Of a stretch of DNA of 64,000 nt, positions 19,954 through 30,278 are shown in pieces (the first letter of the stretch is position 1; every line of letters starts with the position of its first letter). Made by a program: the position numbers and the translations under genes. Source of the DNA: Candidatus Latescibacterota bacterium (GTDB lineage: Bacteria; Latescibacterota; UBA2968; UBA8231); NCBI GenBank assembly GCA_965248355.1, contig OZ252098.1:4288001-4352000 (forward strand), read 5' to 3'. The notes under the pieces were generated by a model. The model did no database searches and was not told the origin of the DNA. It saw only the letters and a program-made list of their open reading frames with translations.

Positions 19954-22391
19954 GGGTTGCCTCCGGCGTTGCGGAACAGGTCGGGTGTGCCGCCCAGGGC
20001 CACCTCCACGTCCAGGTCGCAGACCTGGCCGATGGTGCGGACGATGGGGCGGATCTGCTTCTCGATGTAGTGCTCGTAGTCGATGGGCGCGCTCAGGCGT
20101 CCGGCGGGCTGCGGGCCGTCGCGGGTGACGAGGTAGCGGATGGTGCCCCGCGGCTCCGGCAGCAGGCGGGCGGCGGCCACGTGGGCGGGCACGGTGCGGG
20201 TGTAGCCCTCCACCGACTTGCGCAGGGCCTTGCGGTAGACGAGGTCGTCGTCCCGCTCGCCGCGGCGCACGGCGTCCACCCAGACCAGGACGCGCTCCTC
20301 CAGCTCGGCGGCCGGGGCGTCGTGGAAGACGCGTTCCAGCAGGTCGCGCTGCACCTCGTGGGCCAGGTCGGTCCAGTCGCGGCGCACCGCCTCCATGCCG
20401 ATGATCTCCACCTCCTCGGAGCCGTCGGCGGCGATCTTGAGGCCGGCGTAGCCCTTGGCGCGGCCGCGCTCGGCGTCGCCGCGCATGGGCGGCAGGAAGA
20501 AGCGGGCGTAGTACTTCTCGAACTCCAGGTCGAGGTAGGAGGGCAGGTCGAAGCGCTCGCGCACGTGCTCCGCCAGGCGCTCGTTGAGCCAGCCGCACAG
20601 ATCCCGCCCGCGCTCGTGGGCGGAAGCGGCGGCGAGGTCCTCCGGCAGGTGGGCGTCGACGAAGAGGGAATCGGTGTCGCCGTAGAGGACGGTGCCGCGG
20701 CCCCCGTCCTCCAGCAGGGCCCTGGTCCAGCGCAGCAGGTAGTGGCCGAAGCCGGTGATGGCGCCGGCCAGGGCGCCCTCGGCGAACCGGCAGGAGCCGG
20801 TGGCCAGCACCCCGTAGAAGGAGTTCATCACGATCTTGCAGGTGTAGGCGGCCAGCTCGTCGCCGGCGGTCCGGGCCCGGGCGCGCTCCTCGAAGAAGCC
20901 GGCCAGCATCTCTGGCAGGATCCCGGGCCGGCGCGTGAAGAGGGCGCCGTTCGGGGCGCGGAGCAGATCTCCCGTCACCCCGGGTCCGTCCGGCGCTCTC
21001 CCATCGGGGGCCTCGGGGCTCGCGCCGCGCGCCTCCAGGTGGGTCAGGGGATCGATGTTGAAGGTGCGGATGATGGAGGGGTACAGGCTCTTGAAGTCGA
21101 AGACGAAGACGTGCCGGTAGAGCCCCGCCCGGGCGGGCATGACCAGGCCGCCCGGCGAGCCCTCCTGGTTCACCCGGTCGACCCCGGTGGTGGGCGCCAC
21201 CATGCGGCGCTGCCGCAGGCCGGTGAGGTAGAGGAAGTCGAAGGCCGCCACCGAGCCCCAGGCGCGCTCCAGGGGCAGCCCGGTGAGGCAGGCCCGCCGC
21301 AGGCTGAGCCGCACGAGGTCCTGGCGCATCAGGATGTCCCGCACCAGCCGCGAGTCCTCGAGGCAGTACTCGGCGAAGGCGGGGCGGTCGTCGCGGAAGG
21401 CGGCCAGGATCCGGTCCGGCATGGACTCGCCCTCGGCGGCCTCGAAGGTCTTGCCGCGGCCGAGCAGGGCGAGGGCCACCGTGTGCAGGCGGTTGTCCTC
21501 GAAGCGCTGCAGGGTGGCCCGCACCAGGTGCATGGCGTCGAGGACCTGGCGGCCGTACACGACGACCCGGCTGCCGCCCCAGACGTCGCCCTCCTGGTAC
21601 CACGACTCGTCGGTGGAGCGGCCCAGGTTGAAGGGCACGCCGTGGGTCCGGCACAGCCGCTGCAGCACCGTGAGGTCGAAGTCGACCAGGTTCCAGCCGG
21701 TGAGCACATCCGGGTCCAGCTCGCGGATCCGCTGCAGGAGGGCGGTGAGCAGGTCGGCCTCGGTGGCGTGGCAGCGCATCTGGGCGGGGTCGCCGCCGGC
21801 GGGCTCCCCGGCCAGGTGGATCTCCTCCACAGTCCCGCCGCCGCCGCCCCAGGCCACCAGGGAGCAGGCCAGCAGGCGGCCGGCGTCGGGCGTGGTCTCG
21901 ATGTCGAGGGCCAGCAGCCGCAGATCCGGCTCCCAGTCGCCGGGCTCCACCTCCGGGTCGACGTAGACGCGGTCGACCCCGTTGCCGGGGCGCCACGACC
22001 CGCCGATGCGCAGGGGGCCGCGCACGCCGAGGGCGACGAGCCACTGGCGCGTGAAGGCCACGTCGGCCTCGTAGGTGCGCAGCTTCTGTCCGTGGAGCCC
22101 CTCGGCCAGGCGGCGCAGCTGCCGGGGCTGGCGCAGGCCGACGCGCACCACGGCCTCGCCGTCCATGGTGGTCAGAGCCGTCTCCGGGTCCAGCTCGGCG
22201 CCCACGCCGAGGCAGAAGGGCCGCGCCCTTGCAAGCTCGGACTCGCGCAGGTAGAAGGAGGGCAGCCGCCGGCTGTCGGCGAAGGCGAAGGTCGATCCCG
22301 ACTCCAGGCGCCCCACCCCGAACAGGACCGGGCGGCCGTTCTGCTGGCGGTGGAAGAGGTGCAGGAGGAAGCCGCGCTCGGAATCGCTCAT
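19950..22391 (-). CDS. polB: DNA polymerase II (family B)
   Basis: Exo I LDIET, GWNLVDFD, DFKSLYPSII, KIVMNSFYG, YGDTDS. Confidence 0.93.
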   Translation of the reverse strand: MSDSERGFLLHLFHRQQNGRPVLFGVGRLESGSTFAFADSRRLPSFYLRESELARARPFCLGVGAELDPETALTTMDGEAVVRVGLRQPRQLRRLAEGLHGQKLRTYEADVAFTRQWLVALGVRGPLRIGGSWRPGNGVDRVYVDPEVEPGDWEPDLRLLALDIETTPDAGRLLACSLVAWGGGGGTVEEIHLAGEPAGGDPAQMRCHATEADLLTALLQRIRELDPDVLTGWNLVDFDLTVLQRLCRTHGVPFNLGRSTDESWYQEGDVWGGSRVVVYGRQVLDAMHLVRATLQRFEDNRLHTVALALLGRGKTFEAAEGESMPDRILAAFRDDRPAFAEYCLEDSRLVRDILMRQDLVRLSLRRACLTGLPLERAWGSVAAFDFLYLTGLRQRRMVAPTTGVDRVNQEGSPGGLVMPARAGLYRHVFVFDFKSLYPSIIRTFNIDPLTHLEARGASPEAPDGRAPDGPGVTGDLLRAPNGALFTRRPGILPEMLAGFFEERARARTAGDELAAYTCKIVMNSFYGVLATGSCRFAEGALAGAITGFGHYLLRWTRALLEDGGRGTVLYGDTDSLFVDAHLPEDLAAASAHERGRDLCGWLNERLAEHVRERFDLPSYLDLEFEKYYARFFLPPMRGDAERGRAKGYAGLKIAADGSEEVEIIGMEAVRRDWTDLAHEVQRDLLERVFHDAPAAELEERVLVWVDAVRRGERDDDLVYRKALRKSVEGYTRTVPAHVAAARLLPEPRGTIRYLVTRDGPQPAGRLSAPIDYEHYIEKQIRPIVRTIGQVCDLDVEVALGGTPDLFRNAGGNP

Positions 22392-22398
22392 CGGCCCT

Positions 22399-22404
22399 AT
22401 TGTA
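22399..22404 (-). promoter_or_regulatory. -10 element TACAAT 7 nt upstream of the polB ATG (possible leaderless mRNA)
   Basis: TACAAT-agggccg-ATG; no convincing SD. Confidence 0.5.
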
Positions 22405-22525
22405 GACGGGAGCCCTCCGGCGCGGCAATCGCCGGGACCGCACTTGCCCGTCCCGAGGCCGGGGCGCTAAGATGCCCGCCCGCCGCCGGCGCCCTCTCCG
22501 CCATCGCCCAAGGAGGCCCGAACCC

Positions 22526-23359
22526 GTGATCATCGACTGCCACACCCACGCCTGGGAGTACTGGCCCTACGAGCCGCAGGTGCCGAACCCGGAGAGCCAC
22601 GGCCGGGTGGAAAAGCTGCTGTGGGAGATGGACCGCAACGGCGTCGACCGCGCCGTGCTGGTCTGCGCCAACCTCGACCACAATCCCCGCAACAACGAAT
22701 ACGGCGCCGAGTCGGCCCGGCGCTACCCCGACCGCATCACCTGCTTCGCCGACGTGGACTGCTCCTGGTCGACCACCTACCACGCCCCGGGCGCTGCCGC
22801 CCGCCTGGCCGAGACGGCGGAGCGCCTCGAGCTCAAGGGCTTCACCCACTACCTCGAGGACGACTACGACTGGCTCGAGTCCGAGGAGGGCCTGGCCTTC
22901 TTCGGCACCGCCGCCGACCGCGGCCTGATCGCCAGCCTCTCCTTCGGCGCCCCCTGGCACCCCCACGTGCGCAAGCTCGCCCGCCGGTTCCCGGAGCTGG
23001 TCATCCTCGGCCACCACATGGCCGGCACCCGGGCCTCGGAGAAGCCCCCCTATCCCAACTTCGAGGAGGTCCTCAAGTCGGCGCAGGTGCCCAACATCCA
23101 CCTGAAGCTGTCCGGCTTCGCCTACGTCTCCCAGGTCGACTGGGAGTACCCCTACTCGGACACGATGTGGATGGTGCGCAAGCTCTACGAGCACTACGGC
23201 CCGGAGCGCCTGTGCTGGGCCTCCGACTACCCGCCCGTCCTCTGGTACATGACCTACCAGCAGTCACTGGAGGCGGTGCGCACGCACTGCAACTTCATCC
23301 CCGAGGCGGACCAGGAGCTGATTCTGGGGCGGAATATGGGGAGGCTGCTGGGGTTGTGA
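22526..23359 (+). CDS. Amidohydrolase_2 family protein
   Basis: IDCHTH, LGHHMAG, LKLSG, WASDYP; AAGGAGG SD upstream of GTG. Confidence 0.9.
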   Translation: MIIDCHTHAWEYWPYEPQVPNPESHGRVEKLLWEMDRNGVDRAVLVCANLDHNPRNNEYGAESARRYPDRITCFADVDCSWSTTYHAPGAAARLAETAERLELKGFTHYLEDDYDWLESEEGLAFFGTAADRGLIASLSFGAPWHPHVRKLARRFPELVILGHHMAGTRASEKPPYPNFEEVLKSAQVPNIHLKLSGFAYVSQVDWEYPYSDTMWMVRKLYEHYGPERLCWASDYPPVLWYMTYQQSLEAVRTHCNFIPEADQELILGRNMGRLLGL

Positions 23360-23371
23360 AGGGGAGGGAGG

Positions 23372-24538
23372 TCAGGACGGCGGGCCACGCTCGATACGAA
23401 CCCGGTCCCCAAGCCCGAGATCCTGCAGGATCTGCTGCAGTTCCGTCTCCATGTTCCCTGCGAACTGGGAGCTGACACTCACCGAGAACTCGACTCCCAC
23501 CATGACGTCGTCGCCGGACCGGAGCTTGGGCAGCAGCCTGGTTCCGAGCCGGTTCCAGACCTCGGAAGGCACGGTGCCGGTGAGCCGCAAGGTCGTCCTC
23601 TGGTCGAGCGGGGGAGGCTCCGGTCCTGGTTGGGGTCCCGTGTCAGGCCCCGTCTCCGGGCCGTGTGTGGGTCCTGGCGGTGGTGGAGGCGGATCTACGG
23701 GCGCCGCTCTGAGTTGCTCGGCCTTAGCCTTGGTGAGGAGAAAAACTTGCGGTTCAAAGGCCACCTCCTCCGGGCGGAGTGGCTCCGCGTACCAGAGGCG
23801 GCCGTAGCCGCCATCGTCCGCGATGCCGGAGGCCAGGCCGAAATCCCCCTTTGAGACGAAGTCGACGACCTGCCGGCGAAGGATGTCGTCGGGATCGATC
23901 AACCGCGTCAGGGAGCCATCGAGGAAGCTCTGACGCAGGCTCGTGAGGGGCCAGGCTCCGGTTTCCTTGAAGGCGGGTGGCCAGTGGCGGTCGATGTAAC
24001 CGGCCCCCGGCCTTTCGTTCAGCAAAGCCTCCGACTTCAGCGCCGCGATGATCCGGCCGGGGAGGGTTTCGCTCGCACTGGCATGGCCTGCCCCGAGGTC
24101 GATGGTCTTGAGTCCGTGCTGCTCCTGCGTGTCCGAGAGCGCCACGAAACGATAGCTCGCCCAGACTTCGTCCTTGGCGGCCTCCTCCGCGTCGCGGACG
24201 TGGGCGTGGACCTCCGACCGATCGGCGCGGTCGTACTCCGTGCCGAGCACACCTTCGGCCACTTCGCGCTGCACGCGCTTCCAGGCAAGCCACAACGCGA
24301 CCTTCTCCCGGAGTTCCCCTCCGGGTTTCTTTGCGCACCAGACCAGCGAGCCCGGGTAGAGCCGCGGCGAATGGCCCCGCTGCTTCGTCCACTCGCCGAT
24401 GCGCTCGACCCCTTGGTCCCCATCCCTCCACTCCGTCTCGGGGTCGAGGACGGTCAGAGCAAGGCGCGGTGAGTCCTGGATGGAGGCGCCGTCTTCAGGG
24501 AAACAGAAGACGGGAAGGGTGGCCCCGCGCTTGAACTC
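23372..24538 (-). pseudogene. C-terminal fragment of a DUF499 (AAA+ ATPase) family protein
   Basis: Frame extends upstream to EFKRGATLPVFCFPEDGASIQDSPRL; IDLGAGH, LRQSFLDGSLTRL, EVWNRLGTRLLPKL; no start codon or ATPase domain. Confidence 0.65.
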
Positions 24539-25172
24539 TGGCGGCGTTGCTCCCGTCCGTGCGCAGGCGGGCTCCGATGTCCGGATCCTGCATCTCTCGA
24601 ATCAACGCCGGATCGATCCGGTACACCTGCATTCCCACCAGGAATCGCCACACTGCTTGGAACCGGGCGTCGCCCGCGACCAGGGGCAGGGCCAGAGCGC
24701 CCGGTTCCATGACCGGATCCAGGGAATCCGCGGTGCTCGTCCAGCCTATCGAAGAACGCTTGGGAGACGGGGAGCGATCGAACCAATCTGTCGATCCATC
24801 CGACCTCTTCACTACGCACTGCTCGCGCACCACCTCGAAGCCGTAGCCCCCCAGGGGACGCAACTCGAAACCGTATCGAGCCTGGACGGTATCGGGGTCC
24901 GGGTTTCTCAACTCCACTGCCAGACCCAGGTTCGATGGGCGTCCCCTCGCGGAACTTCGATGGGCGACCGCGGCGAATCCACCGCGATACTCCAGGACCG
25001 CCTGCAGGGGCGAGATCATGGCCTCCCCCAGTAGGGCGAAGGCATCGGCGAAATTGCTCTTGCCGGAGCCGTTCTGACCGACGAGGAAAGTCGGGTTATC
25101 GAACTGGACGTGCTCCGACCGAAGGCTGCGGAAACGCTGCAAGACCAACCGACTCAGGACGGGATCAGGCAT
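24539..25172 (-). pseudogene. AAA_21/ABC-type ATPase, N-terminal fragment fused out of frame to the DUF499 remnant
   Basis: FRSL, VGQNGSGKSN; ends at LRTDGSNAA with no signature or Walker B motif. Confidence 0.75.
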
Positions 25173-25218
25173 GAGTTTCGCCTCGGGGTTCTCGCTGCAT
25201 CGGCAAGGCGCTGCGAAT

Positions 25219-25704
25219 TCAAGCGTGGCTTCCCAGCGATTCCAGGCGAGTCATCCAGCCGCCGAAGCGAGGGCACTCAGCGCAAATCACGGGCAAGCCT
25301 GTCTCCATTGCCAGAAAGGGGCCGTCCACTCGCTTGTTGTACCTCGGGATGATTGCCTTTATACGCTTGCTCGGTGCCGTGTCACTGCTGTCGTTGATGT
25401 CCTCGGGAGTGGAAAATTGCGAGCGTATGGCCTGTAGCGCCTCTATGGACTCATGCGATACATCGATGAGCTTGGCAAAGCTATCTACACTCGCAAAGAG
25501 CAAGCCCTCAAACTCGTATCGTTGGACGTAGGGGATGACATACGATTCATTCCATGAACGATCTACCTTCTTGTCAACCTCTTCTCGTATCCGCTCTTCC
25601 AACTGTTCAGGAGTTGCAGTGTTCTTGTCACGAAAACCGTAATGGTCTACCAGGGAGGTCACGCGGTCGAAGTTCCAGATCAGTCTCGCCATGTCCGAGG
25701 CCAC
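25219..25704 (-). pseudogene. DUF4276 (TOPRIM-like) protein, 3' part after the IS256 insertion
   Basis: VTSLVDHYG, YEFEGLLF, PEDIND, APSKRI, CPRF. Confidence 0.85.
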
Positions 25705-27128
25705 GGCATTGTCCCGATCTTAGTTGAAATAACACAGGCTCCCATCGTTACGTTTGATACGAGAAATCGCCAAGAAGCCTCGTATTCGGTAACCCAAGGA
25801 GCCTGCCATGAGCAAGCTACAAGCACGGAAAAGGGGCGTCAAACGGACCGTGACCATCGGCCCCGTGAACCGCCAAGCCACCGCGTCGATGGACGATCTG
25901 GAGACTCGCATCGAGATCATCCAGCTGCTGATCCCCCTGGGGCTGCAGGCGGTTGGGGAGGAGCTGCGACGGGGCGTGGAGGCCCTGGCCGGACCTCGGT
26001 ATCAGCGCAAGGGGCCGGATCAGCCGTTGCGCCGCTGGGGGGCGCAGGCCGGGTCGGTGTACCTGGGCGATCAGAAACTGCCGGTCGAGGTGCCGCGCGT
26101 GCGCGATGTGGTCCGCGGCACCGAGGTCCCGCTGGAGGCCTACCAGGCCCTGCAGACGCCGAGGCAGATGGATCAGGGGCTGTTGTTGCGGGTGCTGAAG
26201 GGCCTGGCCACGCGCAACTACGAGGCCTGCGCCGAGACCGTCCCGCAAGCCTTCGGTCTGTCCCGTTCTCGGTCTCTCGCCGGTACGTGAAAGGCACGGC
26301 GCGCAAGCTGGCCGAATTCCAGCAGCGATCCTTGGAAGGCTACGACCTGGTGGCGCTGTTTCTGGACGGCAAGAGCTTCGCCGACGAGGAGATCCTCATC
26401 GCCCTGGGTGTGACTCTGGAGGGCCAGAAGGTGCCCTTGGGCTTCGTGCAGGCGGCCACCGAGAACGAGCGCGTCTGTCGCCGCTTCCTGGCGGAGCTGG
26501 TCGAGCGGGGCCTGCAATACGAAGCCGGGCTGCTCGTGGTGATCGATGGAGGCAAGGGCCTGTACAAGGCGGTGCGGTCGGTGCTTCAAGGCCATGCCTG
26601 CGTGCAGCGATGCCAGTATCACAAGCGCCAGAACGTGGTCTCGTACCTGCCCAAGAGCGAGCAGGCCGGCCTTCGTCGAAAGCTGGAAGCGGCGTATGGG
26701 CACTCGACGTACGAGGAGGCCCAAGCCGCCCTGGAGGCGCTGAAACCGGGGTTGCAGTTGATGAACCAGTCGGCCCTGCGCAGCTTGGAGGAAGGCCAGC
26801 AAGAAACCCTCACGCTCCACCGCCTGGGCCTGATGCCGATGCTGAAGGCCTCCTTCCGTACCACCAACTGTATCGAGAACGTCAACAGTCTCCTGGAGCA
26901 GTTGACGCACAACGTGCGGCGCTGGACCAACTCGTCGCAGCGTCACCGCTGGGTCGCCACGGCGTTGCTTGACATCGAACCTCGCCTCCGCCGGGTCAAC
27001 GGCTACCACCACCTGCCGATGCTCCGGCAAGCGCTCCAAGCCGAGCTCGGCATCCAGCAGCTCGCGATGACGGGCTGACTCATCCACTCGAGCCTGGGCT
27101 ACGTTTCAACTGAAAATGGGACTTGCCC
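25705..27128 (+). mobile_element. IS256-family insertion sequence (1424 bp) with 8-bp TSD
   Basis: Imperfect terminal IRs (ggcattgtcccgatcttagttgaaa / revcomp gggcaagtcccattttcagttgaaa); GAGGCCAC flanks at 25697-25704 and 27129-27136. Confidence 0.92.
25808..27078 (+). pseudogene. IS256/Mutator-family transposase, frameshifted at ~26268
   Basis: VPRVRD, LFLDG, VIDGGKGL, QRCQYHK, TTNCIEN; the halves AFGLSRS and SVSRRYV are in different frames. Confidence 0.88.
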
Positions 27129-27271
27129 GAGGCCACCCGCTCTATCGTGACGTTGCCATTGAGCAAGATGGGCTGCGGCTCCACGCCTCTGGCCCGCAGA
27201 TGGTCCGCAAGAAGGTTGTTGACGAATTCCTCCTCGGTGCGGCCCTCTACCGATATGGCCAGCCGGATCAC
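27129..27271 (-). pseudogene. DUF4276 protein, 5' part
   Basis: MIRLAISVEGRTEEEFV TOPRIM motif; joins the 3' part seamlessly (RVAS|DMARL) once the IS is removed. Confidence 0.85.
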
Positions 27272-28392
27272 GGGCGGCCGCCGAGGAGGTTCTTCTGCCA
27301 GAGTTCACCCGGAGTGAAATTGTCATCGAGCCAGGCACGGTAGTCCTCTGCGTTCAGTTTGCTGAACAGGGTACGACCCTCCTCCAGCTCGAGCACGAAT
27401 ATCTCCTCAAGACCGAAGGCATCGACAAGCAGAGGGGACTGGGTTGCCACGATGACCTGCCTCTCTTCGGCAAGAGCCTTGATCATCCCTCCGACCAGGG
27501 CAATGGCTGCCGGATGCAGGCCCAGTTCCGGCTCGTCCAAGAGGAGGACGTCGGGCAACATCTCCGGCGGCAGATTGAGCAGGGTCACCAGCGCGAAGAA
27601 GCGCAGGGAGCCGTCGGACGTGAGGTGGGCGCCGAAGGTCTTGTCGGTTCCCTGGGCCTTCCATCTGAGCAGCACCTTGCCGTAGCTCTCTACGATGTCA
27701 AATCGGTCGAAGACGGGCAGGACTCGGCCGATGTGCTGACAGATCATCTCAAATCGCTTGATGTCCTCCTGTTCCAACCGGTGCAGTACAGCGGCCAGGT
27801 TGCCGCCGTGACTGCGAAGGTGGTTGTTGTCCTCCACGTCCCATCTCTTCTTGAAATTCGATGTGTCGGAGGTGTCGTGAAACTGATAGACGGCGCAATT
27901 GCGAAGCAGACCCACGATTACCCTGGCCGTGAAATCCTGAGATCCCCCGGATTGCGCCTCTTCGACGATTTTTGCTTCCGGATGGCCGCTTCCGAGATGT
28001 TTCCAGTCCGCCTCGGTATCGAGATCCCTGCGGCTGAAGCGGAATGCCTCGTCCACGAATATGAAACGGCCGGGATGAGCGTGAGCGAGTACGAAACGAT
28101 AGTCGTTGCGGCCCCCTTCCGTTCGCATGGTCACCGTGGCGTCCATGCGCGGGCTGCGCTCGCTACCACCGAACAACTGGTCATCGGCTCCTCCTTGCCG
28201 CTCAACGAACTCGGCGAGTCGCCGGGACCGGAGCATCCAGCTCAGCATTTCGAAGAAGCGAATGAAATTGGACTTGCCCGAGCCGTTGGCGCCGATCATG
28301 ACCGCAGCCCTGGGGATTTCCGAAAGCTCGACCTTCGCCAACGACCGGAAACCCTGGATACGGATATGATCTATGAAGTTTGTCTTGGTCAT
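27268..28392 (-). CDS. AAA_21/ABC-type ATPase, partner of DUF4276
   Basis: GANGSGKSN, TSDGSLRF, LLDEPELGLHP, ATQSP. Confidence 0.9.
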   Translation of the reverse strand: MTKTNFIDHIRIQGFRSLAKVELSEIPRAAVMIGANGSGKSNFIRFFEMLSWMLRSRRLAEFVERQGGADDQLFGGSERSPRMDATVTMRTEGGRNDYRFVLAHAHPGRFIFVDEAFRFSRRDLDTEADWKHLGSGHPEAKIVEEAQSGGSQDFTARVIVGLLRNCAVYQFHDTSDTSNFKKRWDVEDNNHLRSHGGNLAAVLHRLEQEDIKRFEMICQHIGRVLPVFDRFDIVESYGKVLLRWKAQGTDKTFGAHLTSDGSLRFFALVTLLNLPPEMLPDVLLLDEPELGLHPAAIALVGGMIKALAEERQVIVATQSPLLVDAFGLEEIFVLELEEGRTLFSKLNAEDYRAWLDDNFTPGELWQKNLLGGRP

Positions 28393-28765
28393 CGAATGCT
28401 CTCCCTCGGGTTGAGCGACTCCGCAATGCGGTCGAGCTTCTCGCGGATCTCCGGGTGGATCTCCTCCGCTCTCATCGCGGCGGCCAACAGGTAGAGGTCC
28501 CTCTTCGGTGTGCTTCTCTCGAGATCCTCCAGCAGCGGGACCAGGAACTCCGTGCTCGCCTTGACGCGCACGAGCGAAACGTGGACTCGGATGAATCGCT
28601 TGATCGCCTCCGGCTGCAGGAGGTAGTTCTCGATCTCGTAGCGGCGCCAGCGGAGCACGGACAAGCCCGCCCCAGTCGTTTCAGCGTCCGGTTCGTCCCG
28701 GTTGTCACCGTCGAGAAGGCAAAGTCCGCGCAAGTTGGGAAAAGCGGATCGCATGGCAGGCTTGT
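28389..28765 (-). pseudogene. C-terminal TOPRIM-like fragment of an ATPase/OLD-like protein
   Basis: CLLDGD and RRYEIENYLL motifs; no N-terminal ATPase domain. Confidence 0.5.
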
Positions 28766-29039
28766 AACAGGAGATTGGCCAACTGTTCTGGTTTCTCACT
28801 ATCTGCCTCTGTTCCGGCTTTAATATAACGATAGAAGATAGCCGTAACACCCATTACAGAGACGTCGCGACCAGTTGCCTCCGTATATGGAGGCTGTCCA
28901 CAAATCGGAATTGCTGGAGCGGACCACGCTGCGGGTAAGTCTTTCTTATTGTGGAAGGTACCGATTTCACGTTCTGTGGCGGAAGGCGTTGCGCGGCGCT
29001 CGGCCTTGGCGCGCTTCTCGCGGATCAGACGGCGGGGAA

Positions 29040-30278
29040 TCACGACGGCTTCGGTTCCTTCCACAGCCGGACCGTGAAACGGTGTTCCTCCTCGATCAGG
29101 TCGGGATCGGTGCCGTTGTGGTTGCGCATGGCGGGAATGAGCTTGTTTCGCACCCCCATGCCGCGGGCATCGACGTATCCGTAGTCCCGCATGACGTTCA
29201 CCAGCATCTGGTTGCGCGCGTACCGCATCCCCAATCGGATCCCGGCGGGCGTCACCGTGTTGGGCAGGCGGCCGGGGCTGACGACTTCGAGGCGATCGGA
29301 GAAGATGGAGAGCATGATGTCGGTCCCGGCGATGCTGTAATCGCGGTGTACGAGGGCGTTGACCACGGCTTCGCGCACCGCTTCTTCTGGGTACTCCCAG
29401 CGGTCGATCCGCATCGCGCCTTCCAAGTGAGCGGAGGGCGTCGTATTGCGCCGCACGAAATCCCAGGCCTTGTCGACGAGCCCCAGCTTGACGAGTTCCC
29501 CGTCCTCGGGGTCGCGGAGTGGAACCATGGGACCTTTGAGGTCCTCGTCCGCGCGGGTTGCATAGTCCGGTTCCGAGTCCGGGTAGCAGATCGCTCGAAG
29601 GCCCGATTGAGGAAGAAACCGCTTGGGGTCCTTGCCGAACAGGAGCATTCCGTCAACGGTGGCGGCCATGCGGCCCTCGGATGGTGTCGCAAGTTCGAGA
29701 TTCTGCAGCAGTCTCTGCCAGTGATCGACATCGTTCGCGGGCGGAACACTGGCGCCTAGAACACGGCCGAAGTAATCCCGCAGATGCCGCTGATCGAGCG
29801 CGTCGAGCGCAGTGCCGGGGACGGGCTTCAAACCATAACGGAACCACCCGCCCCGCAGATAGAGTCGTTCTTCTTCCTCGCGGGTTGCGGCACGGGTCGT
29901 CGTCCCGACGCGAACCTGTGTAACCCGGTTACCCCCGCGCCTGGCCTTGTAAGGCTTGTGCGGCGCATCTCCGGGAAGAGATACGACGCCGATGGTCTTT
30001 CCTTCTCCCCAGTCCACGGTCTCCCAATAGGGAATCGTCGCCGGCAGGACGTGGGTACGCGCGGTTTCCATCACCCATTCCTCGACCTTGCGGGGCTCTC
30101 GGGTGAGACCGGCAACCGAGCCATTGTCCTCGACGCCGAGGAGAATGCGCCCGCCTTCGAGATTGAGCAGGGCCGCAATTTCCGTGGCGAGCCGTTCGGG
30201 GCGGAGGTCGTCGCGCTTGAACTCCACGCCGGAGTTCTCGCCATTGCGGATCAGTTCGACCAAGGCGGATTTGTTCAT
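29040..30278 (-). CDS. AlbA_2 (Schlafen-like) plus RecG-C/HATPase_c_4 domain protein
   Basis: GENSGVEFK, ALLNLEGGRILLGVEDNG, REAVVNALVHRDYS, SPGRLP, RGMGV. Confidence 0.88.
   Translation of the reverse strand: MNKSALVELIRNGENSGVEFKRDDLRPERLATEIAALLNLEGGRILLGVEDNGSVAGLTREPRKVEEWVMETARTHVLPATIPYWETVDWGEGKTIGVVSLPGDAPHKPYKARRGGNRVTQVRVGTTTRAATREEEERLYLRGGWFRYGLKPVPGTALDALDQRHLRDYFGRVLGASVPPANDVDHWQRLLQNLELATPSEGRMAATVDGMLLFGKDPKRFLPQSGLRAICYPDSEPDYATRADEDLKGPMVPLRDPEDGELVKLGLVDKAWDFVRRNTTPSAHLEGAMRIDRWEYPEEAVREAVVNALVHRDYSIAGTDIMLSIFSDRLEVVSPGRLPNTVTPAGIRLGMRYARNQMLVNVMRDYGYVDARGMGVRNKLIPAMRNHNGTDPDLIEEEHRFTVRLWKEPKPS

Noticed and set aside
19950..22391. PolB as a phage, casposon or pipolin marker
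   Set aside because: Resembles cellular Pol II with host-like composition; no cas1, integrase, structural genes or terminal repeats
18664..22545. 1293-aa ORF overlapping polB on the same strand
   Set aside because: The first ~860 aa are an Arg/Pro/Gly-rich alternate frame of polB; only the part from the ATG at 19953 is protein-like
26250..26295. Programmed ribosomal frameshift in the transposase
   Set aside because: No slippery heptamer is visible, and IS256 transposases are normally single ORFs
28850..29043. DUF1156 methyltransferase remnant (GTG-ATT-CCC start overlapping the upstream stop)
   Set aside because: The position fits, but only about 3 residues resemble it and no WWARR or methylase motif is present
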